A DNA stretch of 64,000 nt from Nitrososphaerota archaeon. Its GTDB lineage: Archaea > Thermoproteota > Nitrososphaeria_A > Caldarchaeales > Calditenuaceae. The translations under genes and the position numbers were made by a program. Positions within the stretch are counted from its first letter, which is position 1. Every line of letters begins with the position of its first letter. Positions 1 to 9,587 of the stretch are shown here, in pieces. The DNA lies in assembly GCA_038845265.1 (NCBI GenBank), contig JAWBQR010000005.1, positions 1 through 64,000 of the forward strand, read 5' to 3'. The notes under the pieces were generated by a model, which did no database searches, had not been told where the DNA came from, and saw only the letters and a program-made list of their open reading frames with translations.

Positions 1-2135
1 GGAGGCGTGAGTAGTGAGCCCTGATTATCATAGACAACGAAGACAATATCACTAACATTAGCCACGACCAAGAGCTTACCATCACTGTCGAAGTCTCTAT
101 ATCCAAAGACAGGGTCGTCAATTTCAGGTGGTTCCGTCTGCGAGTCAACGATTCCGACTATCGGTGCCCCTGTCTCAGAGGCCCCAAGCCTTACATTTAA
201 AGTATTAGGAATGAGTGGTGGATAGATTATCTCTGGGTAGTTGTCTGGGGAGGTGAACGGGTCGGGCCAAGTATTTATCGGGTCTACTAGGTCTTTTAGA
301 GCTATTAGGTATGGGTTCTCGAGTAGGTATACTCCTACTGTCTGCTTTAGTCCTCCGTATAGGTTCTTGTATCCTCCCGCGTACTGTACCTCCAGCCTTA
401 TGCCCTTGAACGGGCCTGGGTCGTCAGTAATGGTCCTAGTCTTGAGGTAGTCATTTATTGCGACCTTGCTTGGCTGGTTCTTCGTCAAGTCGTCAGTGCC
501 CGAGTAATACTTCGAGACGTAGACCAACTGCCAGGCCTCCTTACCATCAATCCATAATCCACTGTACTTACTGATTAGGTACATCCACATAGTGGCGTTC
601 GGAGCACGCAGATACGTTCTGAAGGCGGGCAAGCTGCCCTTCCAGTCATGCGGATCATCCGACAAGGCATAAGAATTACCATCACTACCATCCCATACCT
701 CTCCAGTCGAGCCTCTCTCGTGCAGCGTGTGATATGTTGCTCCGTTCTTGTCCCTCAGGTTCACGATGCACTGGGCATCAAACAAGGCCGACCCAATACT
801 TTGATCCATACCGTAGTCGTAGCCATTAACAAGCAGGTCGTCGTCCCTAGCACCACACCTCCAGTAAAACACAGTAGCACTAAGATAATCATACAGCCTG
901 ACAGTAGGGTCCACCGGTGTAGTGTGGTTATAGAATATGCTTAGGGGCTGCATCGTCACGCCGTTACCCGTCTCCTCGCTCAAGTAATCGTTGCCAGGAT
1001 AGGCCACATCGGTATTTCCTACTGGTACCACCTCCTGAGGCGCTGTTAAGTCTGCTCCGACGTAGAATGTCGTGTTTACTAGTACTGATTCCCACCAGAC
1101 ACGGACAGTGACGTTGAGATGAGCCATAGTATCAATAGGAGAGTCGACGCCAGGTACATCTCTTTCTAAGTATTCGCTGTATGGTGCCTTTGCGTAGCTC
1201 TGAATGTTTACTGCCTGTAGCGGTATTGGCACGAGCTCGTTATCCTTCCATTCGTCTAGCCTGTCCTTGTATACTGGATACATCTCGCCTGTCTGGCTTG
1301 GGTCGTAGAGGCTGTTACCACTGCCGTCGCCCTTAGTCACGACCGCCCTCAGCAATGAAGCCTTACTACTGGCATCAGTGTGGTTCAAATCATAGATCTT
1401 TATCTGGGCATAGCTAAGATTGTCCAGTACGCTGTACCAGGTGTGGACGTGGAACGGCTTAAAGATGACTGAGGCATTAGCAACCCAGGCATCAGCAGCA
1501 GTCTTATGATTATGATTGGAGGAAAAGTCGGCAGGCGAGATCCTTACAAAGTTAACCGGACCAGCAACAGACGGCCTATAAATAGAACCAGGAGTTATTG
1601 TGCCATCCATTTGGACGGTCACTGAATTATAGCCGTCCCATCCCATCCCTGCCTTCGCTTGAAGATAGTTATTTGAAGCATTAATGACCAGCATATATAC
1701 AATTATGCCCTTGTACAGCGTCCCTGCGCCTATCTCTGTTCCGTCATAGCTCTTAGCCTTCACGACAACCGTAACGTTCTTCCAATCTTTAGGCCAGCTA
1801 ATTTGCACGAAGCCAGTAGCGTTCGGATAAAACTTCCAGGTACTATCCTTAATAATGTCATTGTACGGATTTCCCCTCTCATAGTAGACCTCGACCCAGT
1901 ACCACTTATCAGTCAAGTTATACCTATCAGCAAAGCCAGTGTAGTCCGGATCTGGACACGCAAGAGTACCCCAACCACAATCAAATCCGTTCCAGCTCGG
2001 CGTCACTAGCTTCAGCCACGCGCTATATCTACCAGCTGATAGCCCGACAGGCATAGATACTAGCACTGCCGGAACAACCAGCATAGCGGCAAGCAAAATC
2101 GTCAATAGCAGCTTCCTACTATTCCAACTACTCAT
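1..2135 (-). CDS. Large secreted glycoprotein, probable S-layer/cell-surface protein (partial, runs off left edge; not in ORF track)
   Basis: Manual translation from ATG at 2135 (GAGGTGA SD upstream): MSSWNSRKLLLTILLAAMLVVPAVLVSMPVGLSAGRYSAWLKLVTPSW..., open to the window edge (...YDNQGSLLTP); N-terminal signal peptide; ten or more N-X-S/T sequons; rich in D/Y/V/T/W. Confidence 0.7.
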   Translation of the reverse strand, partial: MSSWNSRKLLLTILLAAMLVVPAVLVSMPVGLSAGRYSAWLKLVTPSWNGFDCGWGTLACPDPDYTGFADRYNLTDKWYWVEVYYERGNPYNDIIKDSTWKFYPNATGFVQISWPKDWKNVTVVVKAKSYDGTEIGAGTLYKGIIVYMLVINASNNYLQAKAGMGWDGYNSVTVQMDGTITPGSIYRPSVAGPVNFVRISPADFSSNHNHKTAADAWVANASVIFKPFHVHTWYSVLDNLSYAQIKIYDLNHTDASSKASLLRAVVTKGDGSGNSLYDPSQTGEMYPVYKDRLDEWKDNELVPIPLQAVNIQSYAKAPYSEYLERDVPGVDSPIDTMAHLNVTVRVWWESVLVNTTFYVGADLTAPQEVVPVGNTDVAYPGNDYLSEETGNGVTMQPLSIFYNHTTPVDPTVRLYDYLSATVFYWRCGARDDDLLVNGYDYGMDQSIGSALFDAQCIVNLRDKNGATYHTLHERGSTGEVWDGSDGNSYALSDDPHDWKGSLPAFRTYLRAPNATMWMYLISKYSGLWIDGKEAWQLVYVSKYYSGTDDLTKNQPSKVAINDYLKTRTITDDPGPFKGIRLEVQYAGGYKNLYGGLKQTVGVYLLENPYLIALKDLVDPINTWPDPFTSPDNYPEIIYPPLIPNTLNVRLGASETGAPIVGIVDSQTEPPEIDDPVFGYRDFDSDGKLLVVANVSDIVFVVYDNQGSLLTP

Positions 2136-2441
2136 TTTCCAATCACTCACCTCAAACTGCGTCCAGAAATAGCCCAAACCCCATATATAGACCAGCCCTT
2201 TCTAGACACATTCCAAACATTAGAACAACCTAGAACCAAGCCGCAGAAAGCCAAAATAACCGTATTACCCAGAGAAGCCACCCAAACAAACACAAAAACA
2301 ACCCCCATGGCCAGAGCGACGTAGAAATCATGGCGCAGAACCCACACATCCCCAGACCAGCAATAACTATAAGTCACCCACAAGCATAAAATAACACAGA
2401 CAGATGAACACAAACAGAACCTAACACTCCTAAAGGAGGAC

Positions 2442-2775
2442 GAGCTAGGATGTACAGGTGCTCGAGTAAAAAGAAAATACATCGTTCTTAATGGCGAGGT
2501 ACTTGACATAGACATATTCTGCGAGAGACCACTCATAATCGGAGAGCTCACAATTTCAATCAGAGACGTGGAATCAGCAGCTAGAGAGGTCTAGAAGCTC
2601 TACGAAAGAGTCAATGCGGTAAAAACAAAGTACGGCAAAACACCTGAAATGATTATTCTCTCAGTCAGGAGCACCACCGAGGACGTTGCTAACTACCTAA
2701 AAAGAGACATCCAAGAATAGAGGCTTCAGACTAGTATTGGGCAGAGAGATTGAGGAAGCCCTTAGCCCGGCATAG
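2442..2775 (+). pseudogene. Decayed PD-(D/E)xK nuclease-like (PaREP/DUF3782-like) gene fragment
   Basis: ELGCTGARVKRKYIVLNGEVLDIDIFCERPLIIGELTISIRDVESAAREV*KLYERVNAVKTKYGKTPEMIILSV..., in-frame TAG at 2592, frameshift near 2700-2710, continuing ...NRGFRLVLGREIEEALSPA*; no start codon. Confidence 0.55.
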
Positions 2776-2789
2776 CCCCTTAATTAATC

Positions 2790-3056
2790 TCACTCTCTGC
2801 TTAGTGCTTCTACTTGGACTTCTCCCACCCCTTCGATGGACCTAAGGTGGTCCTCGAGCCTGTCTGTCACGCCTTCCTCCTCCGGCACTGAGATTCCCAC
2901 TATCAGGCTCTCCATTCCGTAGCCTATTGGCTCACGTGAAGAGTTCACAAATCTGAAGCCCTCTGGCAGCGTGTTCCTGATTCTCTCCTCTAGTAGGGCT
3001 ATGTCTACTTCTGAGTCTGCCGGCATAATCCTAACAAACATTAAGACTCTTCCCAT
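2790..3056 (-). CDS. ef1b: Translation elongation factor aEF-1beta
   Basis: MGRVLMFVRIMPADSEVD...EPIGYGMESL...EGVGEVQV; conserved adjacency to Zn-ribbon gene. Confidence 0.95.
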   Translation of the reverse strand: MGRVLMFVRIMPADSEVDIALLEERIRNTLPEGFRFVNSSREPIGYGMESLIVGISVPEEEGVTDRLEDHLRSIEGVGEVQVEALSRE

Positions 3057-3059
3057 GTC

Positions 3060-3245
3060 CTACGGCCCCTCAAATCCACATGCAGGACACGTATAAGTCT
3101 TCCCCAGCTCCCGGCAGAGCTCGCATCGCCAGATAACTATTCTTCCACAGTTCGGACATGAAAAACTGACTGAGCGCTCATCGGGGACAATCGGCCTACC
3201 ACAAGAGATACAGAGTGGAAAAGCAATCAGCTTACTGCTAGCCAT
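3060..3245 (-). CDS. Small Zn-ribbon protein (DUF1610 / HVO_2753-like)
   Basis: CISCG..FSCPNCG..IWRCELCR..YTCPACGFEGP; likely ATG at 3245. Confidence 0.9.
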   Translation of the reverse strand: MASSKLIAFPLCISCGRPIVPDERSVSFSCPNCGRIVIWRCELCRELGKTYTCPACGFEGP

Positions 3246-3284
3246 GAACCTACACTCTACTGCCAAGAAATAAACCTAAATCAC

Positions 3285-4349
3285 TCATCCAGACGAAGCC
3301 TCTGTCCTGACACGTTCAGCGATTTCTTGAATATCCTTCCTTATCAGCGTCTTTGTGGGCTTCTCCGGAACGAGCCCCTCAGGCCTATAAAGCAGGACGA
3401 CAATCAACGCCAACCCAAGAAGCAGATACTCCAGCCAAACAACATCAAACGGGACGAAAGGCTCAAAATAGCTCTTATAGAAAGTAATAATTTTACGAAG
3501 AGTAACAAATATCCCTGCACCGACAAGCGCTCCTACATTATTTCCAGCACCTCCGACGATGACCATAACCCATGGCCAAAAAGTATGTGTAACCCTATTA
3601 AAGTCACGGGCAGAGACGCTGGCAGTGAGGAACGAGTACAATGCACCGCCAATCGCCGCAATTGCACATCCAACTATCAGGGTCTTCGTCCTAAGCCTGA
3701 CCACGTCTTTGCCATAGACCTCGGCCGAGAGTTCATCATCCCTCATCGCCCTTAACGCTCTGCCGAGCGGCGACCTCAGCACCAGCTCCAAATACACAAA
3801 GACGACCGCTGCTACTGCAAGTATCGTCACAGCAGCTGCAAGTGCTCTACTCTCTCCTCCAACCCACCTGAAAGGGTCGGGTATGCGGACACCCATACTG
3901 CCACCAATAAGCTCAGGCCAATTATCCCCGACTACCCGTAAAATCTCAGCCATTGCCAGCAGAGTGATGGCAAGGTAATCACCCCTGAGCCTAATCGCTG
4001 GATAAGACGCAACATATCCAAGGACGCCTCCGGCAATACCAGCGCCGACGAGTGACAGAAGCAGATAGATAATTGAGGCTGACGGGTCAGAAGCAATCAC
4101 TTGGTTAAGCATCGTTACAGCCTCAATGTTATTCAGGACAAAGTCTAGCCCGCCGCTTGGATTAAAGATGAACATCATTAATCTACCAGGTACAGCGCCT
4201 ACAAAAAATGCACCACCAGCTACTGCGAGCAGCTTACCGAAATTGGGGACACCAGCATACCCAAACTCTAGGTTCAGGCTCATCGAGATAATGACGAAGA
4301 GCCCAATAATTGTCAATAGGTCGATGAAGAAGACTGCTGGAATCGTCAT
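3285..4349 (-). CDS. livM: Branched-chain amino acid ABC transporter permease (LivM-like)
   Basis: LRGDYLAITLLAMAE, SPLGRALRAMRDDE motifs; polytopic membrane protein. Confidence 0.9.
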   Translation of the reverse strand: MTIPAVFFIDLLTIIGLFVIISMSLNLEFGYAGVPNFGKLLAVAGGAFFVGAVPGRLMMFIFNPSGGLDFVLNNIEAVTMLNQVIASDPSASIIYLLLSLVGAGIAGGVLGYVASYPAIRLRGDYLAITLLAMAEILRVVGDNWPELIGGSMGVRIPDPFRWVGGESRALAAAVTILAVAAVVFVYLELVLRSPLGRALRAMRDDELSAEVYGKDVVRLRTKTLIVGCAIAAIGGALYSFLTASVSARDFNRVTHTFWPWVMVIVGGAGNNVGALVGAGIFVTLRKIITFYKSYFEPFVPFDVVWLEYLLLGLALIVVLLYRPEGLVPEKPTKTLIRKDIQEIAERVRTEASSG

Positions 4350-5275
4350 GCCCTCAACTCCCTCCTTAACAATTTTCTCCAGTCAATCCCAGTCAAACCT
4401 CTCGGAGCAAAGAGCAGAGTCAAGAGCATTAAGCCGAGAGGAATCACCGGGCGGTAGGGAACAATCCATGGACCAATCATGATCGAGAGATAGCCAGTCC
4501 CAAGAGTCTCAGCTAGCCCAATCACTAATCCACCAAGAAATGCTCCATAAATATTCGTTAATCCACCGACGATGCTCGCAGCGAAAACACTTATCAGCAA
4601 TCTTACACCAATGTCTGGATTACAAGTCATGTATAGTGGGAGCAGAGCGCCAGCGATGCCTGCTAGCCCGCCGGAGATAAACCATGAAAACGCATACGTC
4701 AAGTTTATGTTTATCCCAATAACCTCCGCCAGCGATGGATTCTCTATAGCTGCTCTCATAGCAATTCCAAACTTTGTCTTATTCAAGAAGAAATAGAGCA
4801 GAGAAATAATGAGGATTGACATAACAGGAGCAACTATGAATATCATCGGCTGCTCAATAAACTCGAGATCAAAACCCTTTAGCTGAAAGAGCCTAGTAAG
4901 GATCTTGTAAACCCTATTGAGATAATCGGCAATGATATTGATAATCGAGATCAGAATCATGTCATAAGCAATAGTCGCAATCATCAGGATGACGTAGTTA
5001 GCTCCTCTATTTAGGAGGGGCCTGAGGACTGCGATATAGAGAACCAGGGCAATTAATCCGCTGAAGAAGAAGGACGGAACAACTCCTAGGTATGGGCTGA
5101 GACCTAGTAGGTGAACAAGGGCCAGATTCAGGTAGATGCTCATCGTCGCGAAGTCTCCATGCGCAAAGTTGGGAACCTTTGTAGTCATATATGTCAGCGT
5201 GAGCCCAGTGCTGAGCATTGTTAATAACGACGCAAAGATTATCGCGTCCCTGATCAGCGGAAGACTCAACGCCAT
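4346..5275 (-). CDS. livH: Branched-chain amino acid ABC transporter permease (LivH-like)
   Basis: GLTLTY..NFAHGDF, TKFGIAMRA motifs. Confidence 0.9.
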   Translation of the reverse strand: MALSLPLIRDAIIFASLLTMLSTGLTLTYMTTKVPNFAHGDFATMSIYLNLALVHLLGLSPYLGVVPSFFFSGLIALVLYIAVLRPLLNRGANYVILMIATIAYDMILISIINIIADYLNRVYKILTRLFQLKGFDLEFIEQPMIFIVAPVMSILIISLLYFFLNKTKFGIAMRAAIENPSLAEVIGININLTYAFSWFISGGLAGIAGALLPLYMTCNPDIGVRLLISVFAASIVGGLTNIYGAFLGGLVIGLAETLGTGYLSIMIGPWIVPYRPVIPLGLMLLTLLFAPRGLTGIDWRKLLRRELRA

Positions 5276-5432
5276 CCCCTCAATTACTACACTCGAGTCT
5301 TTAATCGACGAAAGGATTTAGCCAATCGCTCGATATCAACATTTATTCCCAGCTCAAGACACCGAGCCCAAAATTATAATTCTTAACCACGTGAAAATGC
5401 TTAAATCCTAGTAAAAAATCCTCAAAAAGAAG

Positions 5433-6806
5433 GTGAAAATAATGAAAGGAATAACGAAGTTAGCAGCAGTAGGTCTCGCCATCGTAATGCTATTAGTAGG
5501 CATTGGTATCGGATACGGCGTATCATTTCTTGCCGCCGCACCAGGACCAGCTGCGCAGACAATCACAAGAACAGCAACAGTCACAACAACTGTTAGCGGA
5601 CCAGCAGGCGCTACCATTACTGAGACGAAGACCGTGACCGTTGGTGCTCCAGCTGGTGGGCTGAGCGGGGAGATCCCAATCGGCGCACTGCTTCCGCTGA
5701 GTGGGCCGCTCGCGGCCTTCGGCGAGAATGACAAAATCTCGATACAGACTGCCGTCGACGAGGTGAATGATTTTCTCGCGAAGAGCGGTGCTAACTGGAG
5801 GCTGAGACTCTATGTGGAGGACACTGAGACGAAGCCCGAGGTAGCGCTGGAGAAGTTGATGAGCCTCCACGCGAAGGGAGTCAAGGTCGTTATTGGTCCA
5901 ATGGGGAGTGGAGAGGTCCTGAAGATAAAGGAATACGCGGACTCAAACAAGATCTTGATTATTAGTCAGTCCTCGACCTCTCCTAAGCTATGGATAGAGA
6001 ATGACTATGTTTACAGGTTTGTCCCGAATGACCTTGCTCAGGGACCGATAGGACCGAAGTTCGGCAAGAACCTAGGCGTCACGCATATCTTCCTGGTCTA
6101 TCTCGCCAATCCTTGGGGCGATGGACTGGCTGAGGTCGCTGAGAAGACTGCGAAGGAGCTGGGGATAACTGTGGCGGGTAAATTCAGGATCGCTGAGGCC
6201 GCCCCTGACTACTCCGCAGAGGTCTCGAGCCTTGTCTCCGAGGTGAATAAACTAGTTGGTCAGGGAGTCGCGCCCGAGAAGATTATGGTTCAGCTGATTA
6301 CTTATGCAGAGGCGACGACCTTCATGCTCTCTGCGAGGGAGTATGATGTTCTCTGGAGGGTTAAGTGGTTTGGAAGCGACGGCACCGCCTATGAGGGGAC
6401 GCTGATTAAAGAGCCGAAGACTGCTGAGTTTGCATCGAGTGTCAGGTTTGTGAGTCCGATCTTCTCTCCTACAAAGACGCCGAAGTATCAGGAGTTATTA
6501 CAGAAGATTAGCGGCCAGGTCGGCAGGCCTCCTGAGCCATATGCATACAATACATATGATGCGGTCTGGGTTGTCGCGTTGTCTCTGCTCTCGTCTCAGA
6601 AGTATGATGCTGATGCGATAATTTCGGTCATGCCGAGGATACTTGAGCACTACTATGGCGCCAGCGGATACATCGTTCTTGACAGTGCTGGTGATAGGAT
6701 TGCGGCTGACTACGAGTTGACGGAGATTCTGAAGAAGGACGGCACTTATGAGTGGGCTGCTACTGGGGTCTACTACGGCACGACTGGCGAGATCGCCTGG
6801 AAGTAG
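5433..6806 (+). CDS. livK: Branched-chain amino acid ABC transporter substrate-binding protein, membrane anchored
   Basis: N-terminal TM helix, Thr-rich linker, IPIGALLPLSGPLA, SQSSTSP, YNTYDAVW. Confidence 0.9.
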   Translation: MKIMKGITKLAAVGLAIVMLLVGIGIGYGVSFLAAAPGPAAQTITRTATVTTTVSGPAGATITETKTVTVGAPAGGLSGEIPIGALLPLSGPLAAFGENDKISIQTAVDEVNDFLAKSGANWRLRLYVEDTETKPEVALEKLMSLHAKGVKVVIGPMGSGEVLKIKEYADSNKILIISQSSTSPKLWIENDYVYRFVPNDLAQGPIGPKFGKNLGVTHIFLVYLANPWGDGLAEVAEKTAKELGITVAGKFRIAEAAPDYSAEVSSLVSEVNKLVGQGVAPEKIMVQLITYAEATTFMLSAREYDVLWRVKWFGSDGTAYEGTLIKEPKTAEFASSVRFVSPIFSPTKTPKYQELLQKISGQVGRPPEPYAYNTYDAVWVVALSLLSSQKYDADAIISVMPRILEHYYGASGYIVLDSAGDRIAADYELTEILKKDGTYEWAATGVYYGTTGEIAWK

Positions 6807-6855
6807 TGGAAAGATTTTTTAACTATCTTATTTTTATGGTATTAATGTACTACTG

Positions 6856-7617
6856 ATGCCAGAGAGTATACTTAGGACTAGTGAGCTGGTTAAGAGCTTC
6901 GGCGGAATAAGGGCGGTTGATAGGGTTAGCCTCGATGTTAGGGAGAAGACTCTGACGATGCTTATTGGTCCGAATGGCAGCGGCAAGACGACGCTGATCA
7001 ACCTGGTTACTGGTGTGTATAAGCCTGACTATGGCAAGATATTCTTTAATGGCACTGAGATTACTGGTTATCCTCCGCATGAGGTCTTCAGGGTGGGTAT
7101 TGCTAGGACCTTCCAGGTCCCCCAGCCATTCAGGAAGCTCACGGTTCTTGAGAACCTCTTGGTGACGCAGCCCGGCAATCCTGGTGAGGGGTTCGTGAAG
7201 TCGCTTAGGCGATGGAGATGGAAGAGGTTTGAGGAAGAGTCTGTCGAGAAGGCGTTCAGGATATTGAGGCTCCTTAACCTTGACAATCTGTGGGATCTGG
7301 AGGCTGAGAAGCTTAGTGGTGGGCAGATGAAGCTTCTCGAGGTGGGTAAGGCGTTGATGACTGGTGCGAGGCTTCTAATCATGGATGAGCCGATAGCTGG
7401 TGTTAACCCGACGCTTGCCCACGAGGTCTTCAGGACGTTTATGAGGCTTAGGAATGAGCTGGGCATTACGCTCTTCCTAGTCGAGCATCGACTTGACATT
7501 GCGCTTCAATATACTGACTATGTCTACGTGATGGCTACTGGCTCGATAATTGCTGAGGGTGAGCCATCTAGAATAATCTATGACCAGAGGGTCATTGAGG
7601 CGTATCTCGGAGAGTGA
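6856..7617 (+). CDS. livG: ABC transporter ATP-binding protein (LivG-like)
   Basis: Walker A GPNGSGKTT, GIARTFQ, LSGGQ, MDEP. Confidence 0.92.
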   Translation: MPESILRTSELVKSFGGIRAVDRVSLDVREKTLTMLIGPNGSGKTTLINLVTGVYKPDYGKIFFNGTEITGYPPHEVFRVGIARTFQVPQPFRKLTVLENLLVTQPGNPGEGFVKSLRRWRWKRFEEESVEKAFRILRLLNLDNLWDLEAEKLSGGQMKLLEVGKALMTGARLLIMDEPIAGVNPTLAHEVFRTFMRLRNELGITLFLVEHRLDIALQYTDYVYVMATGSIIAEGEPSRIIYDQRVIEAYLGE

Positions 7618-7623
7618 GGAGCA

Positions 7624-8331
7624 TTGATTACTGTCAAGAATCTGAATGCAGGTTATCGGAGGCTCCAAATACTCTTTGACGTCTCAGCCTCCTTCCAGGT
7701 TGGAAAGATAAACGTAGTAGTCGGCCCAAATGGAAGTGGAAAAAGCACTCTTCTAAAATCAATATTTGGATTGACGTCGATTTATTCTGGATCAGTAAGT
7801 TTTGATGGTGTAGAACTTGTTGGAAAGTCCCCCCATGCGATAGCGAGACTTGGAATAGCTTATCTCCCCCAAATGAATAAGGTCTTCGAGAACCTAACAG
7901 TTGAGGAGAACCTATTGATGGCTGGATACACGCTTGAAAAATCAAAACTCCTAAAGAAGATAGAAGAGGTATCAGAGATCTTCTCCATAATTGAGAAATA
8001 TCGAAAGACTAAGGCTGGACTCCTAAGCGGTGGTGAGAGGCAGATGATTGCGACCGCGATGGCTCTGATACGTGAGCCGAGAGTAATGATGTTCGACGAG
8101 CCCACAAGCGAGCTAGCCCCTAAGATGGCTAAGAGCGTATTAGAAAAGATCGTGGAATTAAGAGACAAGATGGGCATGACAATAATCCTAGTTGAGCAGA
8201 ATGCGAAGAAGGCACTCGAGATAGGCGATGCCGCATATCTCCTAGTCGGCGGGAGAGTAGCATTCGAGGGAAGCTGCCAAGAACTCCTTACTCACCCACA
8301 ACTCTCCACACTATACCTAGGACTGCGCTGA
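7624..8331 (+). CDS. livF: ABC transporter ATP-binding protein (LivF-like)
   Basis: GPNGSGKST, LSGGERQM, LVEQN. Confidence 0.92.
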   Translation: MITVKNLNAGYRRLQILFDVSASFQVGKINVVVGPNGSGKSTLLKSIFGLTSIYSGSVSFDGVELVGKSPHAIARLGIAYLPQMNKVFENLTVEENLLMAGYTLEKSKLLKKIEEVSEIFSIIEKYRKTKAGLLSGGERQMIATAMALIREPRVMMFDEPTSELAPKMAKSVLEKIVELRDKMGMTIILVEQNAKKALEIGDAAYLLVGGRVAFEGSCQELLTHPQLSTLYLGLR

Positions 8332-8346
8332 AGCGTCATCTTATTA

Positions 8347-9132
8347 CTAGATTCTTATTCCAAAGACGTCCAGAATGAATTTTAGCGATACGTATAGGAA
8401 GACTATGCCAAATATTGTCTTTATCAGCCAAGCTGGTACTTTAGGTACAAGTCTTGCTCCTATTTGTGCACCTATCGCAGTGCCGACGCCAAGCGAGAGC
8501 GCCGCAGCCACATCTACGAGTCCCTGGTATATCTTGAATCCTCCAGAGACAACCGCCATGCTAATAAATGAGGTCAAAGATGTACCGACAGCAATCTTCA
8601 CTGGTGAGCCCAGTAAGTATATGAATGAAGGAACTAGCGCATATCCTCCTCCAAGTCCGACTATTCCAGTCAAGATGCCTATGACAAAGCCAATTAATGA
8701 TTTGCTCAGACTGCTTCCAGGAACTACTCTGCCGATTTGCTCTGCCATTTTTCTGCGAGAGACACCTTCAAAAATCATCCTTATCGAGACATACAGAAAT
8801 GCAAAGCCGAGAATAATCTTAAGAACCGGTAGCTGACCAACGAGAAATTGGAATATTATGGAGCCAACTACTGCACCAATTCCTCCCGACACAGCCACTA
8901 TCAATGTTGTTCTATAATCAACATTCTTTATCTTAATATGGGCTATCGAGCCGGAGGTAGCAGTAATAATTACGGCAGTAATCGTCGTACCAATAGCGAC
9001 TGGTAAGTTGTAATTATAGAGGAAGTATAGCGCGGGAAGCATTATGACGCACCCACCAGTCCCTAAGAATCCACCAAGAATACCAGCCAAAATGCCAAAT
9101 ATAATTAGCGAAATTATCACTAAAATCTCCAT
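8347..9132 (-). CDS. TauE/SafE (TSUP) family sulfur-compound transporter
   Basis: Internally duplicated GG(FL)GTGG / GIVGLGGG..VP motifs, AIGT/AVGTS; about 8 TM helices. Confidence 0.88.
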   Translation of the reverse strand: MEILVIISLIIFGILAGILGGFLGTGGCVIMLPALYFLYNYNLPVAIGTTITAVIITATSGSIAHIKIKNVDYRTTLIVAVSGGIGAVVGSIIFQFLVGQLPVLKIILGFAFLYVSIRMIFEGVSRRKMAEQIGRVVPGSSLSKSLIGFVIGILTGIVGLGGGYALVPSFIYLLGSPVKIAVGTSLTSFISMAVVSGGFKIYQGLVDVAAALSLGVGTAIGAQIGARLVPKVPAWLIKTIFGIVFLYVSLKFILDVFGIRI

Positions 9133-9196
9133 AATGAATCAAAAAATAACATTAGCATCACAATATAAATATGATGTTGTTAGCGTAGCAATACTA

Positions 9197-9475
9197 TTAC
9201 TTTATTTTTCTTGCGATGATTTTCCAAAGTCCAGGCCCTAGTTGCTCTGTCTTCAAGTACTCCTGACCGTTATTCTTTATCGATCTAGGAACAGTCTCTA
9301 GCGACGGGGGATTATCAATTATAATCTCAAGCATCGAACCTTTTTCGATCTCTGTGAAGGCCTTAGCCGTGAGCAATTGCGGATATGGACAAGTATAGCC
9401 CTTCAAATCCAGCTCGTAAAGAACATCGCTCTTCTTCTTCAGCAATTCCTCCAAAGAGGATAGTCCTTTAGCCAC
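9197..9475 (-). CDS. TusA/SirA (YeeD/YedF-like) sulfur carrier protein
   Basis: LDLKGYTCPYP motif, DNPPSLETVP. Confidence 0.9.
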   Translation of the reverse strand: MAKGLSSLEELLKKKSDVLYELDLKGYTCPYPQLLTAKAFTEIEKGSMLEIIIDNPPSLETVPRSIKNNGQEYLKTEQLGPGLWKIIARKIK

Positions 9476-9587
9476 CTCGCTCGAACACTAAAATTGAATA
9501 AATATTTATACGTAGCTGATTTACTCAATAACATGAAATTATAATAACTATAAATTTTTCATAAAGCCCCTATCGCTACGCGAATAA

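Noticed and set aside
241-2551. Track ORFs 241-450, 648-944, 1803-2009 (+) and 2147-2551 (-)
   Set aside because: The first three are antisense to the surface-protein gene; the last spans its skewed promoter region and the pseudogene
5560-5650. Thr-rich repetitive segment in livK (similar one in the BMP gene)
   Set aside because: Ordinary linker of archaeal membrane-anchored binding proteins, not a DNA repeat element
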